From contig OZ024743.1 of NCBI GenBank assembly GCA_964016885.1, forward strand, positions 332,940,001-333,004,000: a DNA stretch of 64,000 nt, in the 5' to 3' direction. This document shows, one piece after another, positions 41,025-53,897 of this stretch. This DNA comes from Eledone cirrhosa. Lineage: Eukaryota. The translations under genes were made by a program, and so were the position numbers. The notes beneath the pieces are model-generated. The model was given only the letters and a program-made list of their open reading frames with translations. It was not told where the DNA came from and did no database searches. Position 1 is the stretch's first letter, and the number at the start of each line of letters is the position of its first letter.

Positions 41025-41653
41025 TTAAAGTAAAAACTTCAATCTTTAATACGATGCAATCATGGTGTTGTTTTGTACTTTCAAAGAAAGTCTTGTTAAT
41101 GTAGTTTCATGTGGTACAGAATGTTAAGAGTTAATGAAAACAGCATGTGGTACACATCTTATCTCTGAGATAATTTAGCACTCACCCACCAATCATTTCA
41201 CTGTTTAACATTTACATACCTCTATATATGTAATTATATTCTCACAGTAAAGGCTTTACCTCACATGATATTGAATCTATGAGATTTTGATATTATTCAT
41301 TTTGAGAACAATACCTTAACATCAGTATGAGTGGCTAGTTACAGAAAGAGGTGAGAGAATTCTGGCCAGATACAGCTGGTTTAAATGCTAAAGGGTCAAT
41401 CAACTTCTCTGAATTCTGTAGAACTTAATTAAAACTATTTAATCATTATTTTGATGGCAGAAAATGTGAAACCACAACACATGACTGTTGCTTATTGCAT
41501 AAATAAAACCTATTTGCGGTTTCTATAAAGGCCAAGTGCTAAATTTGGAAGAAAAAAAATCCAACGAATTTAAAAAAAAGAAAAAGACACAAATGAACAG
41601 GGGGGAAAAGAAAAGCAAAAATGGAGAGTAACAAAACAGGTTTCGTCAGACTA

Positions 41654-42161
41654 TGAGGGGGTGCTGAAAAGTTCCATGCTTAATCGCTGCTACCGAGTTC
41701 TTTTTACAGGGCTTAGAAAAACTGAAGGACCGCTGCAATAAGTGTGTGAATCTGAGAGGGGAATATGTTGAATAATGGCTTAGTGGTTAGAGCATTGGCC
41801 TTGCAATCGAAAGGTTGTGAGTTTAATTCTCAGACCGGGTGATGTGTGTGAACAAGACACTTTATTTCACATTGCTCCAGTTTACTCAGCTGTAGAAATG
41901 AGATGATAGGGACTGGGGTTCATATGATTCCACTGCAAAGTGGACGTGTAGGTGCCACGGCAAAAAAAGCACCCAGCACTCACTGTAAATGAGGTTGGTG
42001 TTAGGAAGGGCATCCAGCTGTAGAAATCAAGCCAGCATCAGTTCCCGTCCCACCCTCGCAAGCAGGGAAAAAGCAGACGTTAAATGAAATGAATGAATGA
42101 ACATCATAATTAACTGATCCTCCTGTATTTTCTTTTACCCAAACTTTTCAGCACCCTCTCA
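41654..42161 (+). mobile_element. Mariner-derived MITE with nested SINE (41775-42100)
   Basis: TIRs TGAGGGGGTGCTGAAAAGTT / AACTTTTCAGCACCCTCTCA; TA duplication; residual GLEKLKDRCNKCVNLRGEYVE* mariner C-terminus. Confidence 0.88.
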
Positions 42162-42517
42162 TATCTACAGTTCTTTCTGAGACATCACCGGAAATGTCAT
42201 AGCCAACTGGCAAACAAATAAACAGTGGAAGGGAATTTAAAAAATAGAAAAAGAAACAAACGAACAGGGGTATAAAGAAAAGCAAAAATGGAAAGTAACA
42301 AAAACAGGGTTCATCAATTTATCTAGTTCTTTCTCTCAGACACTGATGGAAATGTCACAGCCAACTGGCAAAAAGTTATGAGTTACTCTCACAATTGTTT
42401 TTTCTAACATATTTACAGGCATTTTTATCAACATTATATAATTAATTTGTTCATTTGGCAATTTATTGATTTTTTTCTTCTCGTTTTAAAAATTTGTTTG
42501 GACTTCTCAATTTGTTT

Positions 42518-42787
42518 TTAAACATTATTAAAATCTTCTCCATTGCTATCATTCTCAACAATCTGACTACATTTACTAATACCATCTCCATCACTGTCAT
42601 TCTCCTCAGCAGGAGAGTCTACAGCTGCAGAGTTATCTTTCTTAACCAAATTAGATACTCTGCCACCACTACTACTACTGTTGCTGCTGTTGGAGTGTTG
42701 GCTTGCTGTGTCAGAGTCTAATGAATCTACACCAGAGTCTGCATCAGATTCCTCGTTGGCTTTGTCACTAAAAGCATCTTGATTTTT
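42518..42787 (-). CDS. SRA/YDG protein, last coding exon (acidic, Ser-rich tail)
   Basis: AG acceptor at 42788-89, phase 0; KNQDAFSDKANEESDADSG...GEDFNNV*; 270 nt. Confidence 0.8.
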   Translation of the reverse strand, partial: KNQDAFSDKANEESDADSGVDSLDSDTASQHSNSSNSSSSGGRVSNLVKKDNSAAVDSPAEENDSDGDGISKCSQIVENDSNGEDFNNV

Positions 42788-42878
42788 CTGTAAATTATAA
42801 CAGAAAAAATATGATCAGATCAAATGAAATGTAAGAAATGAATGCAAAATAATAAACAATTTACCAAGCCAAATTTAA

Positions 42879-43077
42879 CTCTTTAGTATTTACATTATTC
42901 TATATTATATTTTCATGGTAAAGGTTTTTACCTAACATAATATTGAATCTATGAGATTTTGATATTTATTTTGAGAACAAAACCTTAACGTCAATATGCA
43001 CGGCCAACTACAGCTGGTTTGAATAGAAAGAGGTGTGAGAATTCTGGCTGGATTCAGCTGGTTTAAATGCTAAAGGG
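42879..43077. mobile_element. TTAA-flanked piggyBac-type MITE family B (inverted copy 53381-53576; partial about 41250-41400)
   Basis: TTAA|C(T/C)CTTTAG.ATTTA...TAAATGCTAAAGGG|TTAA. Confidence 0.72.
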
Positions 43078-44252
43078 TTAACACAATAGACAAACAAACG
43101 TTTGCTTTATTAATCCTTTAGTTACCAACCCAGCCAAAACCGGCTCTGGTTCTATGAAATAAAACCACCCATTTTAAAGGTTTCCAATTTAAATTAAAAT
43201 CTTTCAACAGAATTTTATATAAGAACCTTACATTAAGTTACTATCTTAGTAATGAAATTAATAATTTTAGTAAATCCCTCAAAATTCTTAATTAATTAAT
43301 TGTATATTCTTCATTAAATAATTAAGTGTATTGCATTAGAAATGCAGTTATGAAAGGCTTAAATTGCTACATTAACTAAGGTTGGACTATAGAGTCATCT
43401 GGCTCTCTAAAGAAATCAGGTTTTTTTAATGGCTTAGTCAGAAAAGGAAGAGCATTGATCATGCCTCTTTTCAAGGTCTCTGAGAATGGTGAAGAGAGGG
43501 AGAAGGTGAGTATTTATCAGACCTGAGACCTGGGAGAGGGTTATCATTAGAATGGAGATATGCCTCCTTCCAGGGTATCAAAGAATAGTGAAATGATGTG
43601 GAGGTGTGGGAGAATGGAGGGAGAAGAGGACACTATCATCAAACTGGAGACATGAGAGGAGTGCACGTTATTATCCGACATGAAGCCAGGTCTGAATCTT
43701 TACAATATATATAACTTTGCTGTAACCACTCAATGGCTGTGAAGTGGCTGTTAATTAAACCAGGCAATGTTTACAAGCCAGGATCAGGTACAATTACTTT
43801 GGTAGGCTTCTTCACACCTGAGATATTATCTACAATGCTCAAGGTACCACATGGTGGAATTAAACCCCAAACCACATAGTTGCAAAGCAAACATGCTAAC
43901 TGCATAATCATGCTTACACCTATATTTAAGACAGTGGGTTTAATTTGAAGGAATTTGGCTACTATTTTTAACAGGTTGAATGATACCAGTTTATACCTAT
44001 GCCTTTTACTCTATGGCACCTCTTAATAATGGTTTCTGATTTATGCACATGGCCAACGTTTTGGGGGGAGGGGAAAGTCAATTAAATCAACCCCAGTGCG
44101 TTACTGGTATTCTATTTTATAGACCACATAAGGATGAAAGACAAAGCTAATCATGGTAGGATTTGAACGTAAAATGCCTTAACTATATTAAGCATGTTGT
44201 CTGACACTCTACTGCCCTTAATTTATGAGTAATGTAATCACTATCAGCTTAC

Positions 44253-44362
44253 CACAGTCCAAGGAGGAGGGGCCTGGTCTGGACAACGTTGAAGTGCAAA
44301 CTTCCACACACCAAAACCAGACAAACCAACAGTATACCAGTATTTTTCTACAGTGTAAAGAC
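44253..44362 (-). CDS. SRA/YDG protein exon (GLYTVEKYW...DQAPPPWTV)
   Basis: AG/GTAAG boundaries, 110 nt, phase 1 to 0; SRA C-terminal signature. Confidence 0.93.
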
Positions 44363-44999
44363 CTACAGTAAAGAAAAAGAAAATTACATATAAAAAAAAA
44401 AACTTCAAACACAAATTTGTTTTTAAATCTCTGCAATCACACTGAAAGAACCCCAGTCCTGCTGTTTAGCCTCTGATCAGAAGATTTGATCTAGGATTAA
44501 TAGGATCAGCATTTATGACCTCTTTTGGTGACAAACAGTAGCACTTATGATCCCTTCCAGGGACTGAGAATGGTGAAGAAAGGGAGGAAGTTACTCTCAA
44601 ACCAGAAACCAGACCCAAATTCTTGCAAGAGAATTTTAAAAAGTCTTTTCTCAGATAACGAAAAGGTTAAATAGACTTTGAATTCAGAACTAAGGGTGGA
44701 TAGACTGCAGATGATTAGGATCATGTTATTTAGCCCCAGTTTGTCAGCCCATAGTGAGCAGGCCTTGTTCCAACTGTTAGAAATAGGGGCTAAATCTCCC
44801 TGAAATCATATCATTGTTTTAAAGAACATATTGGATAATATAGTCCTTGATAATACAGGAAAGACAGTGGAACCAGAGGTTGATGAAGACTGACCTGGGG
44901 TTAAACAACAACAATAAAATAAATTGTAGATATTTTTGAAGAGATCAGACTTGCCTTCCTTAGTACCAATATGTTGGGCTAAAAAGAAATGATTCTTAC

Positions 45000-45153
45000 C
45001 ATCATAACGATATCCTTCTTCAGGAGCAAAATCACTTTTTGATTTAAATCCTCGTATCACTCTAATAGGTCTCCCTAGTTCACAATTGCGGCTTATTGCT
45101 AAATTTCCTCGAGTTAAAGTTTGGTCTTTAGACTGTGGTGCAGTTCGTAAATT
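45000..45153 (-). CDS. SRA/YDG protein exon (NLRTAPQSKDQ...PIRVIRG...GYRYDG)
   Basis: 154 nt, phase 0 to 1; YDG motif. Confidence 0.95.
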
Positions 45154-45534
45154 CTGGAAAAAAAAAAAAAATCCCAAATCATAAGACCTTGAGAAGGTTT
45201 ATAGCAGAATGTTGTCAATATTTAATTCACTAAACTTTGACAATGGTTGTAGCAGTGTGTTGATATATTTAATTCACTAAAACTTGACTATAACATACAA
45301 AGGCTTGGATATAATTTTCTATAGTCAACTATTCAAATGAATGTACAAAGATTCACAAAGGAATCAAGAATATGAGTTTATTGTAACCTATGTAATTTGC
45401 AGTGCACTATCAGCACCATCATTGCGTTTATGTCCACTTTGCCATACTGGTGAAAGTTGGACGGGACGTTTTGAGACAATGTTTCACAGCCAAATGCCCT
45501 TCCTGATGCTAACATTTTCAGTTGCCTCTTACTA

Positions 45535-47165
45535 TACACAGGAATACAGTGTACCTACATTAAAAACAAGACATACACACAGGAATACAGTGTACCTACA
45601 TTAAAAACAAGACATACACACAGGAATACAGTGTACCTACATTAAAAACTAGACATACACACAGGAATACAGTGTACCTACATTAAAAACAAGACACACA
45701 CAGGAATACAGTGTACCTACATTAAAAACAAGACATACACACAGGAATACAGTGTACCTACATTAAAAACCAGACATACACACAGGAATACAGTGTACCT
45801 ACATTAAAAACAAGACATACACACAGGAATACAGTGTACCTACATTAAAAACAAGACATACACACAGGAATACAGTGTACCTACATTAAAAACCAGACAT
45901 ACACACAGGAATACAGTGTACCTACATTAAAAACCAGACATACACACAGGAATACAGTGTACCTACATTAAAAACAAGACATACACACAGGAATACAGTG
46001 TACCTACATTAAAAACAAGACATACACACAGGAATACAGTGTACCTACATTAAAAACAAGACATACACACAGGAATACAGTACCTACATTAAAAACCAGA
46101 CATACACACAAGAATACAGTGTACCAACATTAAAAACAAGACATACACACAGGAATACAGTACCTACATTAAAAACCAGACATACACACAGGAATACAGT
46201 GTACCAACATTAAAAACAAGACATACACACAGGAATACAGTGTACCTACATTAAAAACAAGACATACACACAGGAATACAGTGTACCTACATTAAAAACC
46301 AGACATACACACAGGAATACAGTGTACCTACATTAAAAACAAGACATACACACAGGAATACAGTGTACCTACATTAAAAACAAGACATACACACAGGAAT
46401 ACAGTGTACCTACATTAAAAACAAGACATACACACAGGAATACAATGTACCTACATTAAAAACAAGACATACACACAGGAATACAGTGTACCTACATTAA
46501 AAACCAGACATACACACAGGAATACAGTGTACCTACATTAAAAACCAGACATACACACAGGAATACAGTGTACCAACATTAAAAACAAGACATACACACA
46601 GGAATACAGTGTACCTACATTAAAAACAAGACATACACACAGGAATACAGTGTACCTACATTAAAAACCAGACATACACACAGGAATACAGTGTACCTAC
46701 ATTAAAAACAAGACATACACACAGGAATACAGTGTACCTACATTAAAAACAAGACATACACACAGGAATACAGTGTACCTACATTAAAAACAAGACATAC
46801 ACACAGGAATACAGTGTACCTACATTAAAAACAAGACATACACACAGGAATACAGTGTACCTACATTAAAAACCAGACATACACACAGGAATACAGTGTA
46901 CCTACATTAAAAACAAGACATACACACAGGAATACAGTGTACCTACATTAAAAACAAGACACACACACAGGAATACAGTGTACCTACATTAAAAACAAGA
47001 CATACACACAGGAATACAGTGTACCTACATTAAAAACCAGACATACACACAGGAATACAGTGTACCTACATTAAAAACCAGACATACACAGGAATACAGT
47101 GTACCTACATTAAAAACAAGACATACACACAGGGATACAGCGTACCTACATTAAAAACTAGACAT
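45535..47165. repeat. 41-bp intronic minisatellite, about 40 copies
   Basis: ACACACAGGAATACAGTGTACCTACATTAAAAACAAGACAT, period 41. Confidence 0.97.
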
Positions 47166-47194
47166 ATAAAGAGAAGGAAAGGAAGATAACTTAC

Positions 47195-47232
47195 CTTTGG
47201 ATTTGTTTTAGTTCCCCTGAGATCTCGACCAC
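47195..47232 (-). CDS. SRA/YDG protein micro-exon (GGRDLRGTKTNPK)
   Basis: 38 nt, AG/GTAAGT, phase 1 to 0. Confidence 0.92.
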
Positions 47233-47297
47233 CTAGTAACATGTAGAAAGAAGCTAATCAGTGAACAGAAAATGTAAAATATGGATGATGGGTTAAA

Positions 47298-47635
47298 ATA
47301 GTATAGTATAGATGTGTGTTATAGTATTGTATAGATGTGTGTTATATGGTATAGTATAGATGTGTGTTATAGTATTGTATAGATATGTGTTAGAGTATAG
47401 TATAGATGTGTGTTAGAGTATAGTATAGATGTGTGTTATATGGTATAGTATAGATGTGTGTTATAGTATTGTATAGATATGTGTTAGAGTATAGTATAGA
47501 TGTGTGTTATAGTATTGTATAGATATGTGTTAGAGTATAGTATAGATGTGTGTTATAGTATTGTATAGATGTGTGTTATATGGTATAGTATAGTATAGAT
47601 TTGTGTTATAGTATAGTATAAATGAGTGTTATAGC
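47298..47635. repeat. Tandem repeat of about 23 bp (AGTATAGTATAGATGTGTGTTAT)
   Basis: Read directly. Confidence 0.92.
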
Positions 47636-48042
47636 ATTGATGATGATCACTGAGTGAAGAAGTACTAAGTAATCCCAGAGGAGGGAAGCCGCAGTATAGG
47701 AAGACCGAAGAAAACATGGAGGGAAGTGGTGAGAGCTGATCATAAATCGCTGAAGTTCATGGAGGAGATGACAAAGGAACACAACAAGAAGAGAGATGTT
47801 GTATTGAGAAAGACCAGTCCAAGCGTGGAACAACGGACATAAATGATGATGATGATGATGATGACAGGGATGAAAGTGAAAGCGACACCTTAGAGGATTT
47901 GAATTGAAGCAGTTATAACTTCATAAGACTCAATCAAGAGGAATGGCAGACTACCAGTATTTTGATGGCGATGGTCATCAGGATTATACAACTGTAGCTA
48001 TGTTGATTAAATCACAAGAGATAAATTGAAGGACTAACTTAC

Positions 48043-48158
48043 CTTCTCCTGTGTAGGTGAAACATTCTCCAAAATCTAAATCATCTTCATAACCTCCAGA
48101 CAGGGCAATGGAGTAGGCTCCCTCTGTTTCACTACCATGAATACCAGCAACTGTAGGC
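48043..48158 (-). CDS. SRA/YDG protein exon (PTVAGIHG...[26 protein letters not shown])
   Basis: 116 nt, phase 2 to 1; base-binding pocket motif GGYEDD. Confidence 0.96.
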
Positions 48159-49180
48159 CTGAGTGTAGAGGAACAGAGAAAATAAATATATCAATAGTAA
48201 TCTACTTACTACATGACAAACAAACAAACCAACTGTTGACTTAATAAGCATTGGCCCTGTACCAAAATCAGAAACCACTATCATCATCGTTTAACGTCTA
48301 TCTTCCATACTATTATTATATTATCAGTAGAGCATTGGACAACGTGCTTTGCAGCCTATTGTTACGGCTGTTTTGAGTAATGTACCAGTAACGTACAAAA
48401 ATAAAAAAAACTGCTGTCCTTGAACCTGAATCAGAAACCACTAACTTATTCACCAAATATTCAAGAGTTATAGGGTTTAACCTCTTGCAGGTGCCTCAGT
48501 CCATGTTTCCTCCATCTACAGGGGTTCTTTACTAGATTTTCTCAACTATTATTTATTGCGATCAATTATTATGATCATTTGTGTTGGGATATACACATTT
48601 CGAAATACTGACATTATATGTAGACTTAAGTCAGCCCCATTCAAGCAGATCTATGACCAAAGACAAACCAGCAGTAACCATTCTTTTTTATTTAAACAAT
48701 ATATATATAAAACTACATTATCGAATATGCCCTGCTATTTTTAAGACAGTAGGAAGTGAGTCAAATAAGATTTGGCTGTTATCTTAAGCAAGTTGAATGC
48801 CTACATAAAGAGTGAAAAGATAATAGAATTAACTCTTTTGATACCAACTAAATTCCATGCAAAGCTGAAACTCACAGAGGTAACGAAGGAATGCAATGAG
48901 TGGAGAGATGCTGTACTGAAAAGGTCCTATCCAACCCATTTAATCAAGGAAAATGAACGTAAAAATTATGATGATGATATTTTTTGCTAGGTTCCATTCC
49001 AAATACCTATTTAATGAAAAGGCTTGTTATTTCAACAATTCCTCAAAGTTTAGTTCATTATGAAAATTAATTTTAAAAAAATTTTCTTAAATATGAATAT
49101 AGTCATGAAAGATTTAAGTGCCGAATTCTTGCTTGGTTGAAATTGTCCAGAAAAATATAGAATTTAATAAGGTAACTTAC

Positions 49181-49241
49181 CTGTGGATTCCAGCATAGCT
49201 ACAGTTTACTCGAGAAGGCCACCAGGTTCCAACTTCTACAC
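49181..49241 (-). CDS. SRA/YDG protein exon (GVEVGTWWPSRVNCSYAGIHR)
   Basis: 61 nt, phase 1 to 2; SRA N-terminal motif. Confidence 0.94.
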
Positions 49242-49371
49242 CTGTCAGAGAAATACAATTTATGTTAGTGAAAATCTTCGTTAAATAGAATGGGTTGCAA
49301 TAAAACTAATTAACTAAATTGAAAGGTGTCTTAACTACTATAATTTTCTTTCTTAATAAAGTTACATCAAG

Positions 49372-52300
49372 CCCACACTGTAAAGTGGTCTTACAGGTGT
49401 CACAACAAAAAGCACCCAACCCAAACAGTAAAGTGGTTTTGTAGGTGTCACGATAAAAAGCACCCAGTCCACACTGTAAAGTGGTTGTGTAGGTGTCACA
49501 ACAAAAAGCACCCAGTCCACACTGTAAAGTGGTTGTGTAGGTGTCACAACAAAAAGCATCCAGTCCACACTGTAAAGTGGTTTTGTAGGTGTCACGATAA
49601 AAAGCACCCAGTCCACACTGTAAAGTGGTTGTGTAGGTGTCACAACAAAAAGCACCCAGTCCACACTGTAAAGTGGTTGTGTAGGTGTCACAACAAAAAG
49701 CACCTAGTCCACACTGTAAAGTGGTTGTGTAGGTGTCACAACAAAAAGCACCCAACCCAAACAGTAAAGTGGTTGTGTAGGTGTCACGATAAAAAGCACC
49801 CAGTCCACACTGTAAAGTGGTTGTGTAGGTGTCACGATAGAAAGCACCCAGTCCACACTGTAAAGTGGTTGTGTAGGTGTCACAACAAAAAGCACCCAGT
49901 CCACACTGTAAAGTGGTTGTGTAGGTGTCACAACAAAAAGCACCTAGTCCACACTGTAAAGTGGTTGTGTAGGTGTCACAACAAAAAGCACCCAACCCAA
50001 ACAGTAAAGTGGTTGTGTAGGTGTCACGATAAAAAGCACCCAGTCCACACTGTAAAGTGGTTGTGTAGGTGTCACGATAAAAAGCACCCAGTCCACACTG
50101 TAAAGTGGTTGTGTAGGTGTCACAACAAAAAGCACCCAGTCCACACTGTAAAGTGGTTGTGTAGGTGTCACAACAAAAAGCACCTAGTCCACACTGTAAA
50201 GTGGTTGTGTAGGTGTCACAACAAAAAGCACCCAACCCAAACAGTAAAGTGGTTGTGTAGGTGTCACGATAAAAAGCACCCAGTCCACACTGTAAAGTGG
50301 TTGTGTAGGTGTCACGATAAAAAGCACCCAGTCCACACTGTAAAGTGGTTGTGTAGGTGTCACAACAAAAAGCACCTAGTCCACACTGTAAAGTGGTTGT
50401 GTAGGTGTCACAACAAAAAGCACCTAGTCCACACTGTAAAGTGGTTGTGTAGCTGTCACAACAAAAAGCACCCAGTCCACACTGTAAAGTGGTTGTGTAG
50501 GTGTCACAACAAAAAGCACCTAGTCCACACTGTAAAGTGGTTGCGTAGGTGTCACAACAAAAAGCACCCAGTCCACACTGTAAAGTGGTTGTGTAGCTGT
50601 CACAACAAAAAGCACCCAGTCCACACTGTAAAGTGGTTGTGTAGGTGTCACAACAAAAAGCACCCAGTCCACACTGTAAAGTGATCGTGTAGGTGTCACA
50701 ACAAAAAGCACCTAGTCTACACTGTAAAGTGGTTGTGTAGGTGTCACAACAAAAAGCACCCAGTCCACACTGTAAAGTGATCGCGTAGCTGTCACAACAA
50801 AAAGCACCCAGTCCACACTGTAAAGTGATCGTGTAGGTGTCACAACAAAAAGCACCTAGTCCACACTGTAAAGTGGTTGTGTAGGTGTCACAACAAAAAG
50901 CACCTAGTCCACACTGTAAAGTGGTTGTGTAGGTGTCACAACAAAAAGCACCTAGTCCACACTGTAAAGTGGTTGTGTAGGTGTCACAACAAAAAGCACC
51001 CAGTCCACACTGTAAAGTGGTTGTGTACGTGTCACAACAAAAAGCACCCAGTCCACACTGTAAAGTGGTTGTGTAGGTGTCACAACAAAAAGCACCCAGT
51101 CCACACTGTAAAGTGGTTGTGTACGTGTCACAACAAAAAGCACCCAGTCCACACTGTAAAGTGGTTGTGTAGGTGTCACAACAAAAAGCACCTAGTCCAC
51201 ACTGTAAAGTGGTTGTGTAGGTGTCACAACAAAAAGCACCTCGTCCACACTGTAAAGTGGTTGTGTAGGTGTCACAACAAAAAGCACCTAGTCCACACTG
51301 TAAAGTGGTTGTGTAGGTATCACAACAAAAAGCACCTAGTCCACACTGTAAAGTGGTTGTGTAGGTGTCACAACAAAAAGCACCCAGTCCACACTCTAAA
51401 GTGGTTGTGTAGGTGTCACAACAAAAAGCACCCAGTCCACACTGTAAAGTGGTTGTGTAGGTGTCACAACAAAAAGCACCTAGTCCACACTGTAAAGTGG
51501 TTGTGTAGCTGTCACAACAAAAAGCACCTAGTCCACACTGTAAAGTGGTTGTGTAGGTGTCACAACAAAAAGCACCTAGTCCACACTGTAAAGTGGTTGC
51601 GTACGTGTCACAACAAAAAGCACCCAGTCCACACTGTAAAGTGGTTGTGTAGCTGTCACAACAAAAAGCACCCAGTCCACACTGTAAAGTGGTTGTGTAG
51701 GTGTCACAACAAAAAGCACCCAGTCCACACTGTAAAGTGATCGTGTAGGTGTCACAACAAAAAGCACCTAGTCTACACTGTAAAGTGGTTGTGTAGGTGT
51801 CACAACAAAAAGCACCCAGTCCACACTGTAAAGTGATCGCGTAGCTGTCACAACAAAAAGCACCCAGTCCACACTGTAAAGTGATCGTGTAGGTGTCACA
51901 ACAAAAAGCACCTAGTCCACACTGTAAAGTGGTTGTGTAGGTGTCACAACAAAAAGCACCTAGTCCACACTGTAAAGTGGTTGTGTAGGTGTCACAACAA
52001 AAAGCACCTAGTCCACACTGTAAAGTGGTTGTGTAGGTGTCACAACAAAAAGCACCCAGTCCACACTGTAAAGTGGTTGTGTACGTGTCACAACAAAAAG
52101 CACCCAGTCCACACTGTAAAGTGGTTGTGTAGGTGTCACAACAAAAAGCACCCAGTCCACACTGTAAAGTGGTTGTGTACGTGTCACAACAAAAAGCACC
52201 CAGTCCACACTGTAAAGTGGTTGTGTAGGTGTCACAACAAAAAGCACCTAGTCCACACTGTAAAGTGGTTGTGTAGGTGTCACAACAAAAAGCACCTCGT

Positions 52301-52668
52301 CCACACTGTAAAGTGGTTGTGTAGGTGTCACAACAAAAAGCACCTAGTCCACACTGTAAAGTGGTTGTGTAGGTATCACAACAAAAAGCACCTAGTCCAC
52401 ACTGTAAAGTGGTTGTGTAGGTGTCACAACAAAAAGCACCCAGTCCACACTCTAAAGTGGTTGTGTAGGTGTCACAACAAAAAGCACCCAGTCCACACCG
52501 TAAAGTGGTTGTGTAGCTGTCACAACAAAAAGCACCTAGTCCACACAGTAAAGTGGACTAGGTGCTTTTTATATATAGATGTCCCACTCATATGAAAAGC
52601 ACCCAGTCCACATTGTAAAGTGGTTGTGTAGGTGTCACAACAAAAAGCAACCAGCACACATTGTAAAG
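49372..52668. repeat. 48-bp intronic minisatellite, about 68 copies, RTE/SINE 3'UTR-derived
   Basis: CCCAGTCCACACTGTAAAGTGGTTGTGTAGGTGTCACAACAAAAAGCA; similar to 31515-31620, 37170-37230 and 40125-40225. Confidence 0.97.
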
Positions 52669-52737
52669 AAAAGAGATAGAATATTGCTTTTAGAAAGGAT
52701 ATTCAATAATATAATCATAAAAATCAAGAAAACTCAC

Positions 52738-52840
52738 CGTCAATAGAACCAAATGTATTTTGCCGAAACTGAGGAACTCTCTTAGTAGGAGACTCTTTGA
52801 CATCATCAGAAAATTGAATAAAATTGTTTTCAGAAGGTTT
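52738..52840 (-). CDS. SRA/YDG protein exon (KPSENN...RQNTFGSID)
   Basis: 103 nt, AG/GTGAG, phase 0 to 1; leads into the FG.I.G SRA start. Confidence 0.88.
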
Positions 52841-53159
52841 CTAGAAAATATAAGAAAGTAATTAAAACTGAGAAAAATAAATAGTTCACTGTTAGTATAA
52901 TATAGCTGCTGAAGACTGTATTTGGATTTCTATGGTCTTTGTTTTGTTTAACTCTTTTCTACCACACTGATATCAAACCACCAATGGTTTTAGGATACAG
53001 AACTGTTTTAAAATGTTTATATTTATCTAAAAACTTTCCATCATAATTTTATATAAGATCTGTTGTTTTGTTGAATTATGTTCTAAACACCAGCATATTA
53101 ATGAGAAAGTTAGTTATATTACTAAATCCTCTTAATTTCTTGATTATTTATAAATCAGA

Positions 53160-53376
53160 CAATGACTTTCATTAGAAATATGGTAATGAAAAGGTTAATG
53201 ACATAGGCAGTGTCTTTCATTAGAAATATGATAATGAAAAGGTTAATGACATAGGCAGTGACTTTCATTAGAAATATGGTAATGAAAAGGTTAATGACAA
53301 AGGCAGTGTATTTCATTAGAAATATGGTGATTAAAGGGTTAATGACAGACAGTGTCTTTCATTAGAAATAAGGTGA
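53160..53376. repeat. 52-bp tandem repeat (about 4x) of a MITE terminus
   Basis: TTTCATTAGAAATATGGTAATGAAAAGGTTAATGACA repeated. Confidence 0.85.
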
Positions 53377-53897
53377 TTAACCCTTTAGCATTTAAACTGG
53401 CCATATCTGGCCAGAATTCTCTCAACTCTTTCTGTTCAAACTGGCCGCTCATAGTTATGTTAAGGTATTGATTTCAAAATGAATAATATCAAAATCTCAT
53501 AGATTTGATATTATGAGGTAAAGCCTTTACCACAAAAATATAATAGTAAATATAGAGTAATGTAAATGCTAATGGGTTAAAGATTTAGCAACAAGGAAAG
53601 GTTGTTTAATCAGACATTTGCAGACCCAGCAATACTGGTAATAAGCTTGATGTGGTTTATAGTCAGTTGGAATTGGTCATAATCTCCTTTATACTTTATA
53701 GGTGTTCTTTTAGTAGTGATTAGAGTATTGTAAAGTTAAATCTGTTTATTTATCTGTCATAAAACAAGTAACTTAGAGGTTAGTTTGTTTGACTCGTGAT
53801 TGTAAGGTTGTAAGTTTGATTCCAAGTAGTGTATTGTATCCTTGAACAAGACATTTTTTTCCTTGTTGCACCAGTTCATTCAAACAACTTTACTTAC

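Noticed and set aside
45535-47165. CRISPR-like appearance of the 41-bp and 48-bp arrays
   Set aside because: No unique spacers, no cas genes, eukaryotic context.
49306-52595. Cys/His-rich repetitive ORFs (CRCHNKKHPVHTVKWL)n
   Set aside because: The 48-bp period is divisible by 3; the array is intronic and derived from a retroelement UTR.
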